Below, in pieces: positions 26,327 to 37,523 of a DNA stretch of 64,000 bases; within the stretch, counting starts at the first letter, position 1; each line of letters starts with the position of its first letter. Where the stretch lies: NCBI GenBank assembly GCA_013265495.1, contig MU058337.1:6616716-6680715 (forward strand). The letters run 5' to 3'. A model generated the notes under the pieces. That model had not been told where the DNA came from. It saw only the letters and a list, made by a program, of their open reading frames with translations, and ran no database searches. Origin of the DNA: Vicugna vicugna. Taxonomy: Eukaryota. A program made the translations under genes and the position numbers.

Positions 26327-26811
26327 TGTCAGCGTTCAGAACAGGTCTCCCCAAGATGAGGGCCACTTATGCATGAGGATTATTTTGAGCTAAAGGCAAC
26401 TGAGACCCTGTGGGTTCAAGAGAAACTCCTGTCCTCCCTTAACCACCTCAGTGAGTTGAAATTGGGGATTTTTCCCAGAAAAGAGTTATTATCAGAGATC
26501 AGTTTTACCAAAGTGGCCCCATCTGTACATCAGGGAAAACACACCTAATTACCCAACATCTGCTCTTCTCCTTATCATCCGGTGAGCGCTCCTCCTGTCC
26601 TTGGAAGCCCCAGCCCCTGCCCTGTTCCTTAACTCAGGATGGATTACAGACCCCATTTTACCTTTCTGTCTCTGAACCTCTCGTGTATGTGGGGCTCCTG
26701 TGTGTAAGAATTAAAATGGGGTTTTTTCCTGTTAATGTCTCATGTCAGTGTAATTCTTAGACCAGTCAGAGTAACCCAGAAGGGAAGAGGGAAGTTTCTT
26801 CCCTCCTTACA
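26327..26811 (+). mobile_element. ERV1 solo LTR
   Basis: TG...CA termini, TSD TCCC/TCCT, ATTAAA, homologous to the 23482 copy. Confidence 0.78.
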
Positions 26812-27569
26812 TCCTCACTGTTCATCTGCGAGAAACCTCCCCAACTACTCAGAACCGGGATGAGCATCTCCACGGTGGTCCCTGAATTCACTCTCTCTGC
26901 TGTGTCTGTCTCTCCACAGAGGCCTCACCTGCCTGCTTATCTGTCAACTTCACCAGGAGGAAGGGTTTGGTCACTTTTGTATCCCTAGATGGTTCTGAAA
27001 TTCAGCATAATGTAGACATTCACTGTGGATGAGGGAGTAAATGTTATTCAAGTGTCTAGAAGTCTATCAATGATTAAAGGGATTTGAAACAAATACATCT
27101 TTATCCACTCCCAATCCTTTTCCTCCTCCATCATTAGGAAAAAAAAGAAAAGATAAAAGGCCTAATTCTACAGACCCCGCCCCCGCTCCCCTGCCCCACC
27201 CTGGACGGTGGTTGTACCTGGAACTAAACCACACGGTGCTTCTCTGCTTACGCTGGGGGCTAACGATGCTCACAGAACACAGAACGAGCAAACCGCAGAG
27301 ATGAGATAGGGGGGCCACCTCTGCTTTCCTTGGGCAGGCACAGATCACACCAGAAATCAGTGCCCTGTGAAGCTGCTTTAAGGGTAACACCCAGGGTGGT
27401 CGCCAAAGCTCAGATATCACCAGCCACAGCTGCAGTGGCGCCACCCACCCCAGGAGTAGCAGCACTGAGTCTTCGTGTCCTTCAGATCTGAGTGACACTC
27501 TCCCCTGGCCACTGCCCTAACTTCCAGCCCCAGCTGCAACTTCCTTGTAACTGAACCGTTCAGAAGCAC

Positions 27570-27750
27570 CTAGATCTTTGATGCAATTGGGTGTGTGGCG
27601 TTAGACAAATCATTTAACTTCTCTGAGCCTCATTTTCCTCATCCGTAAGATGGGGATAATAACGCCTCTTTATGGATGAAGTGAGGCGTAAATAAATACA
27701 ACTAAGAGTGTCTGACGCAGAGTAGGCCCTCCATTAAGGCTGCCATTATC
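27570..27750 (+). mobile_element. MIR SINE
   Basis: CATTTAACTTCTCTGAGCCTCATTTTCCTCATCCGTAAGATGGGGATAAT. Confidence 0.75.
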
Positions 27751-28217
27751 ACGATTTCCTGGGCCTGATGAGCAGCAACTTCCCTGCTGTATTCAGGGCC
27801 GAGTGGAAGATGCCAAGTAAAGTACAAGGAAGGAAGCTGTCACGCAGCCTTGAGGAATCAGGACAGTCAGCGGGCCAGGGAGTCACACCACTGGTCCAAA
27901 TCCCAGCCTTTGGGGAACAATATTTGCTCAGTCATCATGTATTTGGTGCTGATAGGAGGTGGGTGTAGGGATTAAAGGGCCCTGCATTGTGAGGAGAGCC
28001 CCGAAAAGGAACCAGGAGCCGAGGGTTCTGGTTCTGTCTTGATGGATATATCCAGGAGGCTTTGGGGAAAAAAAATAATCTCATGCCCCAGTTTCCCCAC
28101 TTGGAAGACAAGAATGTTAGACCGGATCAAGGATTCTCTGCCGTTTCTTGTGCCATGGACCCCTCAGGTGAAACCTAAGGACCCTCCTCAGAGCAGTGGT
28201 TAAAGATGCATGTAGTA

Positions 28218-28969
28218 CTTGGGAGCTCGGGTTTGCAGATCCTGTAATTTACGAAATAGGTAAACAACAAGGGCCTATTGTGTAGCACAGGGCACTATAC
28301 TCAATGTCTTGTAATAACCTGCATGGAAAAAGAATATGAAAAGGAATATATTTGTACATGTAAGACGGGAAGCCCCATAAAAAGACTGGCAGGATCCCTG
28401 GGCAGGGCCGCTGCTCTTCTCTTAGCACCGTCCAATTCCCTGGCCCAGAGGCTCTATCTCACTTTTTGCCTCTAAAGTGGCTAATTTACACCTAGAATTC
28501 TATTGGTTCCCTGAGCTCACTTCTGATTGGTTATTTCCTTCACTCCTGATTAGTTATTACTCTCACTTCTGATTGGTCCACTTACCTAACTTCTGATTGG
28601 TCCATTTGTAGTACTTCATTTGCATGGAGCTCACTCCTGATTGGTCTATTTCTACAAAGCTTGTTCCTGGTTGGTCAACTTCTGTTGTACTTTATTTGCA
28701 TATGATGTTGCAAAATGTAAAACTGACACCCTATAAAAGGCCTGTGTAACTCTACAGACAGGGTCCAGAGCTTGAAGTGTTAAGTTTTCTGGGCCCACTG
28801 GTGTAATAAACCTGAGTTTCCCAACTCTCTGAGTGCTGCTTGGCCTCTCGCCCAAATCCAGGTTGCTGTAACACATTTTTCTGCAATACATGTATAACTG
28901 AATCATTATGCTGTACATCAGAAACTAACATAGCATGGTAAATCGAGTATACTTCAATTAAGGAAAAAT
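28218..28969 (+). mobile_element. L1 3' end inserted in a hAT MER (about 28130-29330), itself interrupted by an LTR
   Basis: TSD AAGATGCATGTAGTA (28203) / AAGAGGCATGAAGTA (28970); the L1 tail resumes at 28891. Confidence 0.7.
28359..28890 (+). mobile_element. Solo LTR with a 6-bp TSD (class II/ERVK-like), CCAAT- and octamer-rich
   Basis: TG...CA termini, TSD TGTACA/TGTATA, TATAAAA 28732, AATAAA 28805, repeated CTGATTGGT units, ATTTGCAT twice. Confidence 0.8.
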
Positions 28970-29690
28970 AAGAGGCATGAAGTAAAATATATAAGACAAC
29001 AAAAAACAACTCATGTTAAAAAACAGTTACCAGATGTTAAAAACTAGATTTTTAATATGATGTTCCTTATTAACTAATATCAACTGTAATTTCAAAGCAG
29101 TGAGGGGCTTCTGTTATATTTCAAGGTACTTGAGTCATCTGTCGTGGGCTGTGCAGGGAGCCATGATTCCTGTCAGTGACAGAGTCACAGGTTCATTTCA
29201 TCCCACTGAGGCTGGCTGCCCATGTCCATTGCTGCAAAGCCACGTTGCAGTTACAGCTTAGTGAAAATAAAGAGGTAATTGTTTTCTCCTCCAGGTTCAC
29301 AGGCCCCCTGAATTCTGGTCTCCCCGGACCAGGTGGTATCTCCCTCCCACACCTTCCACTCTGGCATCCCGTTTAGATAACAGAGGTGCTGTGGTTCCTA
29401 CCCCTGAGGAACTCATCAACTGGTTGAACTGAAACACTCCAGCTCAAGAAACCATTGGAGTGCAGCCCCAGACAATGTGAAGTCCAGTGCACAGCACAGG
29501 TGATAAGCACAGGCTGGTGGCCAGTGGGAGTTGCTACTCACACTTGGACAAGATCAGAAATAGGCAGGAGAGATGATAACTTCACAAGGGATCAGCCAGA
29601 TTCCAGGCCAAGCACGTGCTAAGGGATTCACCGATGTGTTTTCATGAACACAAGGAGGGCCCATCGGTAGCTCCCAGTCACATATACACA

Positions 29691-31108
29691 TGAAGCGGAC
29701 TAGAATATGCCACCTACATGTGCCACTCTGGAATAAGGATTACTTTGAGCTGAAGGCAATTAAGAAAAATAGTAGAAACATAAGTATCAGAGAAATGCAA
29801 ATCAAAACTACAATGAAGTATCATCTCACCCTGGTTAGAATGACCATCATTAAAAAGTCCAAAAACAAACTAATAAATGCTGGAGAGGGTGTGGAGAAAA
29901 GGGAACCTTCCTACACTGTTGGTGGGAATGTAATTTAGTGTAGCCATTATGGAAAACAGTATGGAGATTCCTCAAAAAACTAAAAATAGACTTACCATAT
30001 GATCCAGCAATCCTACTTCTAGGCATATATCCTGAGGGAACTCAAATTCAGAAAGATATATGCACCCCAATGTTCACAGCAGCACTATTTACAATAGCCA
30101 AGACAGGGAAGCCACCTAAATGCCCACTGACAGATGAATGGATAAAGACGTTGTATATATACACAATGGAATACTACTCAGCCACACAAAAGAATGAAAT
30201 AATGCCATTCACAGCAACATAGATGAACCTAGAGATTAGCATACCAAGTGAAGTCAGACAGAGAAAGACAAATATTCTATGGTATCACTTATTTGTGGAA
30301 TCTCAAAGAATGGCACAAATGAACTTTTTTATAAAATAGAAACAGACTCACAGACATAGAAAACAAACTTATGGTTACCAGGGAGAAAGCAGGGTAGGGA
30401 GGGATTAATTAGGAGTTTAGGATTTGCAGATACTAACTACTATATATAAAATAGATAAACAACAAGGTCCTACTGTTTAGCACAGGGAAATACATTCAAT
30501 ATCTCATAATAATCTATAATAATGAAGAATATGAAAAAGAATATACATATATATCACTGACTCACTATGCTGTACATCAGAAACTAACACAACATTTTAA
30601 TTAACTATTTTAAAAAATAACAGAAACAGAAGAAAAAAAATATCTCTGTCCTCTCTCTGGCTAAAAGCTGGACATAAATTTCCATTTGAAAGGGCATTTC
30701 ACCCTCCATACGAGGAAGACAGCAACGCATTCATCTGAGAGGACTCTAGACTCAGCCCAGAGCCAACAGAGGAATGTGCATAACAAACGTTACTAAACAG
30801 CCCTCGTCTTCCATTTGGTTCCCTCTTACCTCCTCCCTGGATGCTCCACCCCCTGCCTTTTCCCCTGCCTTGTCAGTCTTCACCATTGACCGCTTTGTTA
30901 AAAAGCTGAATAAAGGCAGGCCTATCCACTTTGGTTCCTCACTTCTTTTCCGTGAAGGCTCCTGGGGCCACGTCAAAGTAAAAATTTTAACATCAAACAA
31001 GATGCGTGAGCCTCTTCTCCTGTTAATATGTCTTTTGTCAGTTTAACTGGCAGAGCCCCAGCCACTAACCCCAGGAGGGCAGAGGAAAAGAGTTTTTCGT
31101 CCCCAGCA
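29691..31108 (+). mobile_element. ERV1 solo LTR split by an L1 insertion
   Basis: TG...CA termini, TSD CACA/CACA; LTR parts at 29691-29784 and about 30613-31108. Confidence 0.75.
29785..30612 (+). mobile_element. 5'-truncated L1 (ORF2 end plus 3' UTR)
   Basis: Translates IREMQIKTTMKYHLTLVRM (L1 ORF2 C-terminal region); TSD AAAAATAGTAGAAACA/AAAAATAACAGAAACA. Confidence 0.88.
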
Positions 31109-32931
31109 CACACACGGATGTATTTTTGGCTTGAAGCTGGCACTCAGTACACACCTGTGAGTGAATCCTGAGGGAACGGTGCATGGTGGTCTACAACTTC
31201 TTGCCCTCTGAGGCCTTCTAGGTCTCTCCTTTTAATGGGAGAATCCTAAATGTCTGGAGGACATCAAGGAAGATTCTCCCAGGCTTTTTGATCTGTGTGT
31301 AAGTCAGGCATCTCTGGAAGCCACACTAGTTCTTCCTTCGGGGCCGTGGGAGGGGATTTTATGCTAAAATTTTCAGCTAAGACATGGCTTCTTTATCAAA
31401 CTTCTCTCCAACAGATCCGGAGTGCTGGGGGACATCTTTTAGGGCCCGATCTACACAAGGGAATAATCGGGTTCCACGGCATCGTCAGTAGGGGGCCAGT
31501 TGGGGGAGTGTGTTGACCCACATTCTAGACTGGGGAAAACCGCGGCACGTGGGATGCCACGTCAGGGACACACAGCTCCCAGGAGCAATGTCTCCGGCCA
31601 GGCTGGAGAGCAGGCGGCTGACTGAAGTGCCTTCTCTCAGTGTTCAGAGAGCCCTCGCAAGGAAGCACACACTCCCCGCCCTGGGACAATGTAGGACTGA
31701 GGCGCGGTAATCCCAGAATGGGCTTGATGCCTCGTGTCGGCCAGCCGTGTGCTAGGGGAAGCGTCTCCGGCACATGGGCAGAAGGGCCAACTGGGGGACA
31801 CCCTGGTTTCATTTGTCACCCCGTCCGTCCAGTCCCTGCCAAGTGCAGCTCCTGGGAGTGGAGCCCATCAGGGCTGAAGATGGGTTTTCAAGCTCCATTA
31901 AAGCACCTTGCCTGGATGACACCCAGGAAGTCCCGAGCCACCCGAGTCTCTCCTCACTTTCCTGCCCAGCCTGAGCACGTCAGGTCCCCAGATGCCACTT
32001 CTTGTTTATTTAGCTCATTACCCCCCGTTGGGGGGAGATGCCAACTGCTTTTGAAGTTCCTGACCCTGGTGGCTTGAGAGTCACGTGGTCTAAATCCCAG
32101 CCTGTGGGGGGCACAGAAATGGAACAGAAGGGTAACTGGCTCCTAAAGCGACTTTCCTCCTTGGGGGATGGGGGGACAAGCCTGGGCGGGCAGGCCTGTG
32201 GCTCAGTGAGCTCGTCCTGTGGCAGGAAGATCACCTTGGCTGATACCTTGGTGTTTTTTTTATTTTTTTCTTTTTTTTTTTCAGCGGGGCTGTGTGAAGG
32301 GAAGAAGAGTGTGAAGTCTAGTGCGGTGAACTGATTCAATTTCTGCAGAGGGGAGGGTGCTGGGGGCACCTTCCATGCTCCAGGGCCACCTGAGGAGGCT
32401 GCGGTTGCCGGACGAGGCTCTGCTGGGCTCCCAGTGCATCACCCTTGGTGGGTGAGGTAAGTGGCCCAGAGGTGAGTCTTCTCAGGCAGGAGAAGGGTGT
32501 GCCTAGCGGGGCTTGGAGAGAAAGACTCAGATTGTACCGCTCTTTACACGTCCTCTCTTTCTGCTTCTGTTGGCAGAGGGCAGAGCATCCTTACCTGACC
32601 TCAGCCCACCAGCCGGGACCTCTGCCCGTTCTGACAGGGCAGAAGGACAAGTCAGGCCAGAAGGACCAAAGGTCAGTGTCACATCACTGAGCGAAACCGC
32701 CTGATAGGCCTGGCTGCCTTCACTGGTTCAGACCTCGTGGCATACATAACCTTTGGAGCCCTCTGGAAGCCCTGGTGATCATTCATTCTCCCCTACATGG
32801 CTGCACTAACTGGTAGCCCCGTAACAGGACCACACCTCGCCCTCCACAATCACAGCTGGGTGAGTCTCAAAAGGCAAATACTCTCGTGAGCTGGAAATGC
32901 ACCGGTAACTTCCTATTAGGATATAAAAGAC

Positions 32932-33437
32932 TTCAGGGGAGGGAAAATGTCCCTTCTTCCCTCTGGCTTCTTTGGCTGGCCCACTCGTTACAGCAGCAAG
33001 AGACAGATTCACAGGAGAAAAACAAACAAAAGCTTAAAAACACGTGTCCATGGGAGAGAGCCAGGAAAACCGAGTAACTCGCCCAAATGACCAAAACCAC
33101 CACCGTAAAGATATTTTCTTCAGCTAAAGCCCACAGAAGATGTTGGGGGTGGGGGAGCCAGTTATGGGAGGTGATCAGGAAAAGCACAGTAAACAAGGGT
33201 CGTTATGCAGACTTCAGTCGGTGCCTTCTACACTGACTGGAGTTTCTAGAGACTGAGTCATGCCCTCTTCCTGGTAGGGGGAGATATTCTTCCAAATATA
33301 AGTGTCCGTTACGAAGAGTAACTTTGACTTGGTTTCAGAGTTTCTCCTGTGCCTGCAGTTTCTTAAAAATAACCAGCTTAAAACAACCCTTGGGCCAAAC
33401 AGGCATATTTCGGAGTGGCAAATTCTGTTCCCCTACA
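32932..33437 (-). mobile_element. ERV1 solo LTR
   Basis: TSD AGAC/AGAC; homologous to 3286-3803. Confidence 0.75.
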
Positions 33438-35569
33438 AGACAAATGGAGGGTCATTTCCCAAGAGCAGAGTGGAATGGGTTGGAGAAATGGGATACTTTG
33501 TGCTCGTGGGGGAGAAACCGTGGGGGGTGGGGGGCAGGGTGATGGGTGCAGAAAGGGCGGAGGAGCACATCTTCGGGCAGGTGTGGGCAGAGCCCACAGC
33601 GCACAGGCCAGCCGACTGGTCAGGCGCCGGGCAGTTAGTGCCCGTGGTGGGGAAGGGCTGCATCCACATTAATAAGCCAAGGATGGGCTGAGGGGACAGG
33701 CCATCAGGTCCGAGGCGTGAGGGCCCCCAGAGCAGCTCCTAGACTCACAGCTGTGACAGCTCCCACCCCCCACTCCTTGGGGTGTAGGTGTAACCTCTTT
33801 GTGAGTGCCCTGCAAAGGGGGAACAACAGGGCTCCTAGCTGCATCCAGAACACTTGTTTCCAGAAAGGAAGAAGACTAGAAGAGACCTGTGGGGCCCAGC
33901 ATTACCGAAGTGGCAGGGCAGAGCCGAGGAGTGTGAGTCACGGGGAGAAGGTACCAGTGTCCTCAGGCGCCACATGAGCACGGGGTGGGGGGCGTGGATG
34001 CTGCAGAGGCTGGAGGTTCTGGGGAGGAGGTGGTGGTTGGCGGGGCCTCTGGTTGTGCCTGGTGCCCTGCACTGTGGGTTCCTGTGTGGTGAGTCCTGGG
34101 GAGGAGGCCCAGGAAAGTCAGAAGAGGGGATGCTTGCCAGGGGGAGGGTCTCTTTAGAAACCAGTCCCATCCCTGTGCCCAGTGAGTCCTGAGCCGACAG
34201 GGAAAGGGGAACACAATGTTCCAACAGATGTCAAATCACTGCCCTTTGACTGGAAGAGTGATTCTAGCAGCTGAGTTGACCTGTGGCTGGGACCCTCCTG
34301 ACCTAAACCGGCTGCTTGAGACGCCCTCCGCCTCCTACTCGGGGGCACAGAAGCCCCTCCCCACGGCCCCGCCTCAGTGCAGCCTGAGGACCAAGTTGTT
34401 CAGAGCAGGCAGAAGACCAACCGGGGGCTGTTTCTACAAAGTCTCTGAGCAGATTCACATCTCAGGGCTCAGAGACTCAGAGTCTAGGGCTGCATGGAGG
34501 ACTGTGGTCAGAGCCCCAGGGTGGGGTCGGGGTTTGAAGGGAGCCGCTCCTTCCTCTGCAGAGTCAGCCCCTCCCTAACTCCTGAGCTGGGCAAAGAGCC
34601 CTTTCCTGCCCAGTTTTCATTAGCTGTCCCCCCATCTTCCTTCCCTGTAAGCAGCTCAGGGACTGGCGGTGAGGACAGGTGAGACCTGCTTTTCTATTTC
34701 TGTCCTCAGGCCCTGGCAAGGGCGGCTTCTCCAGTGCAATTCAAGGGGCACGGGCTTTTTATGTACCTAAGGGCTTGGGGTGCCAGAAAAACAGCCTGCT
34801 TGCATAAGCCCAATTTAATAGAAAGAATAATAAAAAAGAAAACAGCAGAAGGGGGATTGCATGCGTTTTAACATGTTTATTACTTACTGGTGCTTTACCA
34901 GTCAAGCTTAGAAGAAAGAAATGTATAAACAGTACTAGTAACACCTCCATTTAGTAGTTTTCACTTGCACAGCTTATCTATTCAGTTGGAAGGAAGCCTT
35001 CAGATGGTAAAGATTTGGTTCTTTCTCATCTCCTGAATATAACCAGCAGCTGGCGCAGCTCCTGGGCATTTCATGATTACGCCTAGGCTGAAATGAGGCA
35101 CAATTACAGCAGGCTCCCTGCCAGCCAGTTCCAAACTGGCAAAGGAGAGGACAGCTGTGTCCTGACTCAAGTGAGGCCATGGGGCTCATGGAGCTGGTGC
35201 CCTTCAGGCCAGCACCTGACTACAGAAGTTCTCCACCTGGATCTCAGGTCCTGCATCTGTGAGCTACTGTGGCCCTTGGATAAACCACACACCGGATGCA
35301 CACCTCAGTGCTCACACGTGCACCACGTGGACTGCCACTCAGGCCTCACCTGCTGCGCAAAGCCTTGAGTAGGCCCACCCCAGCTCTCTTGTCTCCTTGT
35401 GTGGAAACTGAAGGTCAAAGGATGATCAGAATGCAGATGGTAGAAATGGAGGTGTGTAGAGCAAAGGCAGGGCTAGTTTAGCAGACTGGGAAAATGGGCT
35501 GGAAAGAGGAAAACGCAGACATTTTTGACAGACAACCCAGTATAAAAAGGGACAAAATCTTTATATATC

Positions 35570-36335
35570 ATAAAGAAGGTATATAAATGATCAATAAACC
35601 TGTGAGAAGGTGCTTGACGTCAGCAGTCATTAGGCAAATACCAACTGAAACCACAAGAAGATACCCTGCACACCCAACAAAATGGTTCACCCGAAAAAGA
35701 CTGACCATGCCCAGTGTCCGCGAGGACAAGGAGCCCTGGGGACTCCCGTACACTCTTGGAGTATGAAGAGTGGCTACTTTGGCAAACTGTTTTTCAGGAC
35801 TACTAAAACAGAATGTGCAGAACCTGTGACTTGCCAGCCTCACTCCTGGCTAGATCCTCGGCCAAATGTATACTTATGTGCCACCAAAGACACGTGGAAG
35901 AGTGTGCAGAGCTGAACTTGATATAACGGAAACATTCATCAACAGTAGGATGGATATAGATGGTGATGCATTCATACAAGGAACTATCCCACAGCAACGA
36001 GAAGGAACAAACCACAACTACACCCCACAGCGCGAGTGAATCTCACAGACTAATGCTGACTCAATGAAGCTGTGCACTTAAGGGTACATACACACATAGT
36101 GCTCGATTTCATTGACTTTGTTTCAGAAGCAGGCATACTGACTCGTGATTTTAGAAGTTGGAGATTGATTACCCTGGCATAGAGGTAGAGGTTGGGGTGG
36201 GCAAAGGAGAACTTCTTGGGGAGCTAGTGAGGTGTTTCCTAATCCGGGTGCTAATCACACAGATGTGTTCACTTTTTGAAAATTGTCAAGCTGCCCTTTT
36301 ATGATTTGTGTGCATTTTTGCACATATGTGTTAAG
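35570..36335 (+). mobile_element. Old L1 (L1ME-like) 3' region
   Basis: AAGACTGACCATGCCCAGTGT...GTGAATCTCACAGAC...GTGTTCACTTTTTGAAAATT. Confidence 0.65.
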
Positions 36336-36344
36336 AATTTTAAA

Positions 36345-37372
36345 AGGCTCCAAATTCTTTGACGTTCCTCCAATTGAGAGGTGGGGGCTGTGTCCCCTCC
36401 TCTTGATTCTGGGTGAGCTTGTGACTCGCTTGTAACGGACTGTGAAAGTGATGATGCCACATTTCTGAGGCCAGGTTGGAAAAGGTGATGGAGTGTTTTC
36501 AAATATAGCATTAATAGGAAACTGGGGGTTCAGTAAGGCCAACAGGTCAGGAGACAATTGCCATTGAAAAAGAGACCTTGTTACTTATAGACCCAAAGAA
36601 GAGGGGCAACACCACATCACAGGGGTCACAGGGGGCAGTCGTGTCAGTCAGGAGACAGAAGGAGAGAAGCAAAATGTGGGCAAGAGCCTTACTGTGGTTT
36701 CTATGGGAAGGAACAGGCAAGACAGGGTAAGCAGGCTTAGGACTGGCCAGTTTGAACCTCCTCCGGGAGCTCTGGGACACAGGGGCTGCCCCTGGTACCC
36801 GGCCCCAGGGCGGCTCGGGCAGGTAGGTAGGAGTGGTTGGGATGCAACTCTGGAATGGTTGGTTTGCGTTTGAAAAGTGCACTCAAGTAACTGGCTAACC
36901 CAAGTAGGGGCAGTCCCTCCAGGGTCAGCCAGGCCCCAAGATGTCACAGCATCAGAATATAGAGAATAAAAAACTAAGAGCCTCTATCTAATTTCTGGGA
37001 CACTTTCTTTTAAAGCCTCAAGCTGCTGTGTAAGAACAGAGTTACGTTCAGGCTGCCATATTGTGAGGAAGCCCCCATCTCATGAGCAACCCCATGCAGG
37101 TGCCTTAGTTGACAGCCTCAGTGGAGGCTCCAGCCAAAAACCACAAACCACAACTCGTCTGAGTGAAGTCACCTCTAGATGGTCCCAGCCTCTGCCACTG
37201 AGTAACCCGCAACTGTTGATTCTTCCCAGCTGAGGCTCCCAACATTGGAGAACAGAGAAAAGCCATTCCCACTGTGTTCTGTTCAAAATCTGACTGTAAA
37301 CATAATAAAGTATATTTTCAGCTGCTAAGAGGGGGAGGTGTAATTTGTTACACAGCAACAGTAACTGGAACA
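36345..37372 (+). mobile_element. MLT1 LTR with a nested ERVL LTR (MER73/74-like, about 36494-36976)
   Basis: MLT start GGCTCCAAATTCTTTGAC and end TTGTTACACAGCAACAGTAACTGGAACA; unrelated LTR-like insert in the middle. Confidence 0.6.
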
Positions 37373-37489
37373 GTATGTCACACTTCAAGATAAAGTTTCC
37401 TTAAAAAGAAATGCTTCTCATGTGCATGTTGATTCAGCAAATTATTATTACTCTATAGAGGTGTAACCCCACAGATGCAATATTACATC

Positions 37490-37511
37490 TTAATTTTTTT
37501 GTCTCCCCAAG
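37490..37511 (+). promoter_or_regulatory. Splice acceptor immediately upstream of the GPCR coding exon
   Basis: Polypyrimidine tract TTTTTTTGTCTCCCC followed by AAG (AG at 37510-37511), 12 nt before the ATG; implies an upstream exon. Confidence 0.65.
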
Positions 37512-37523
37512 GACCTCTATGAC

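Noticed and set aside
29690..29938. 82-aa ORF with L1 ORF2 similarity
   Set aside because: Chance LTR-L1 junction fragment, not a gene
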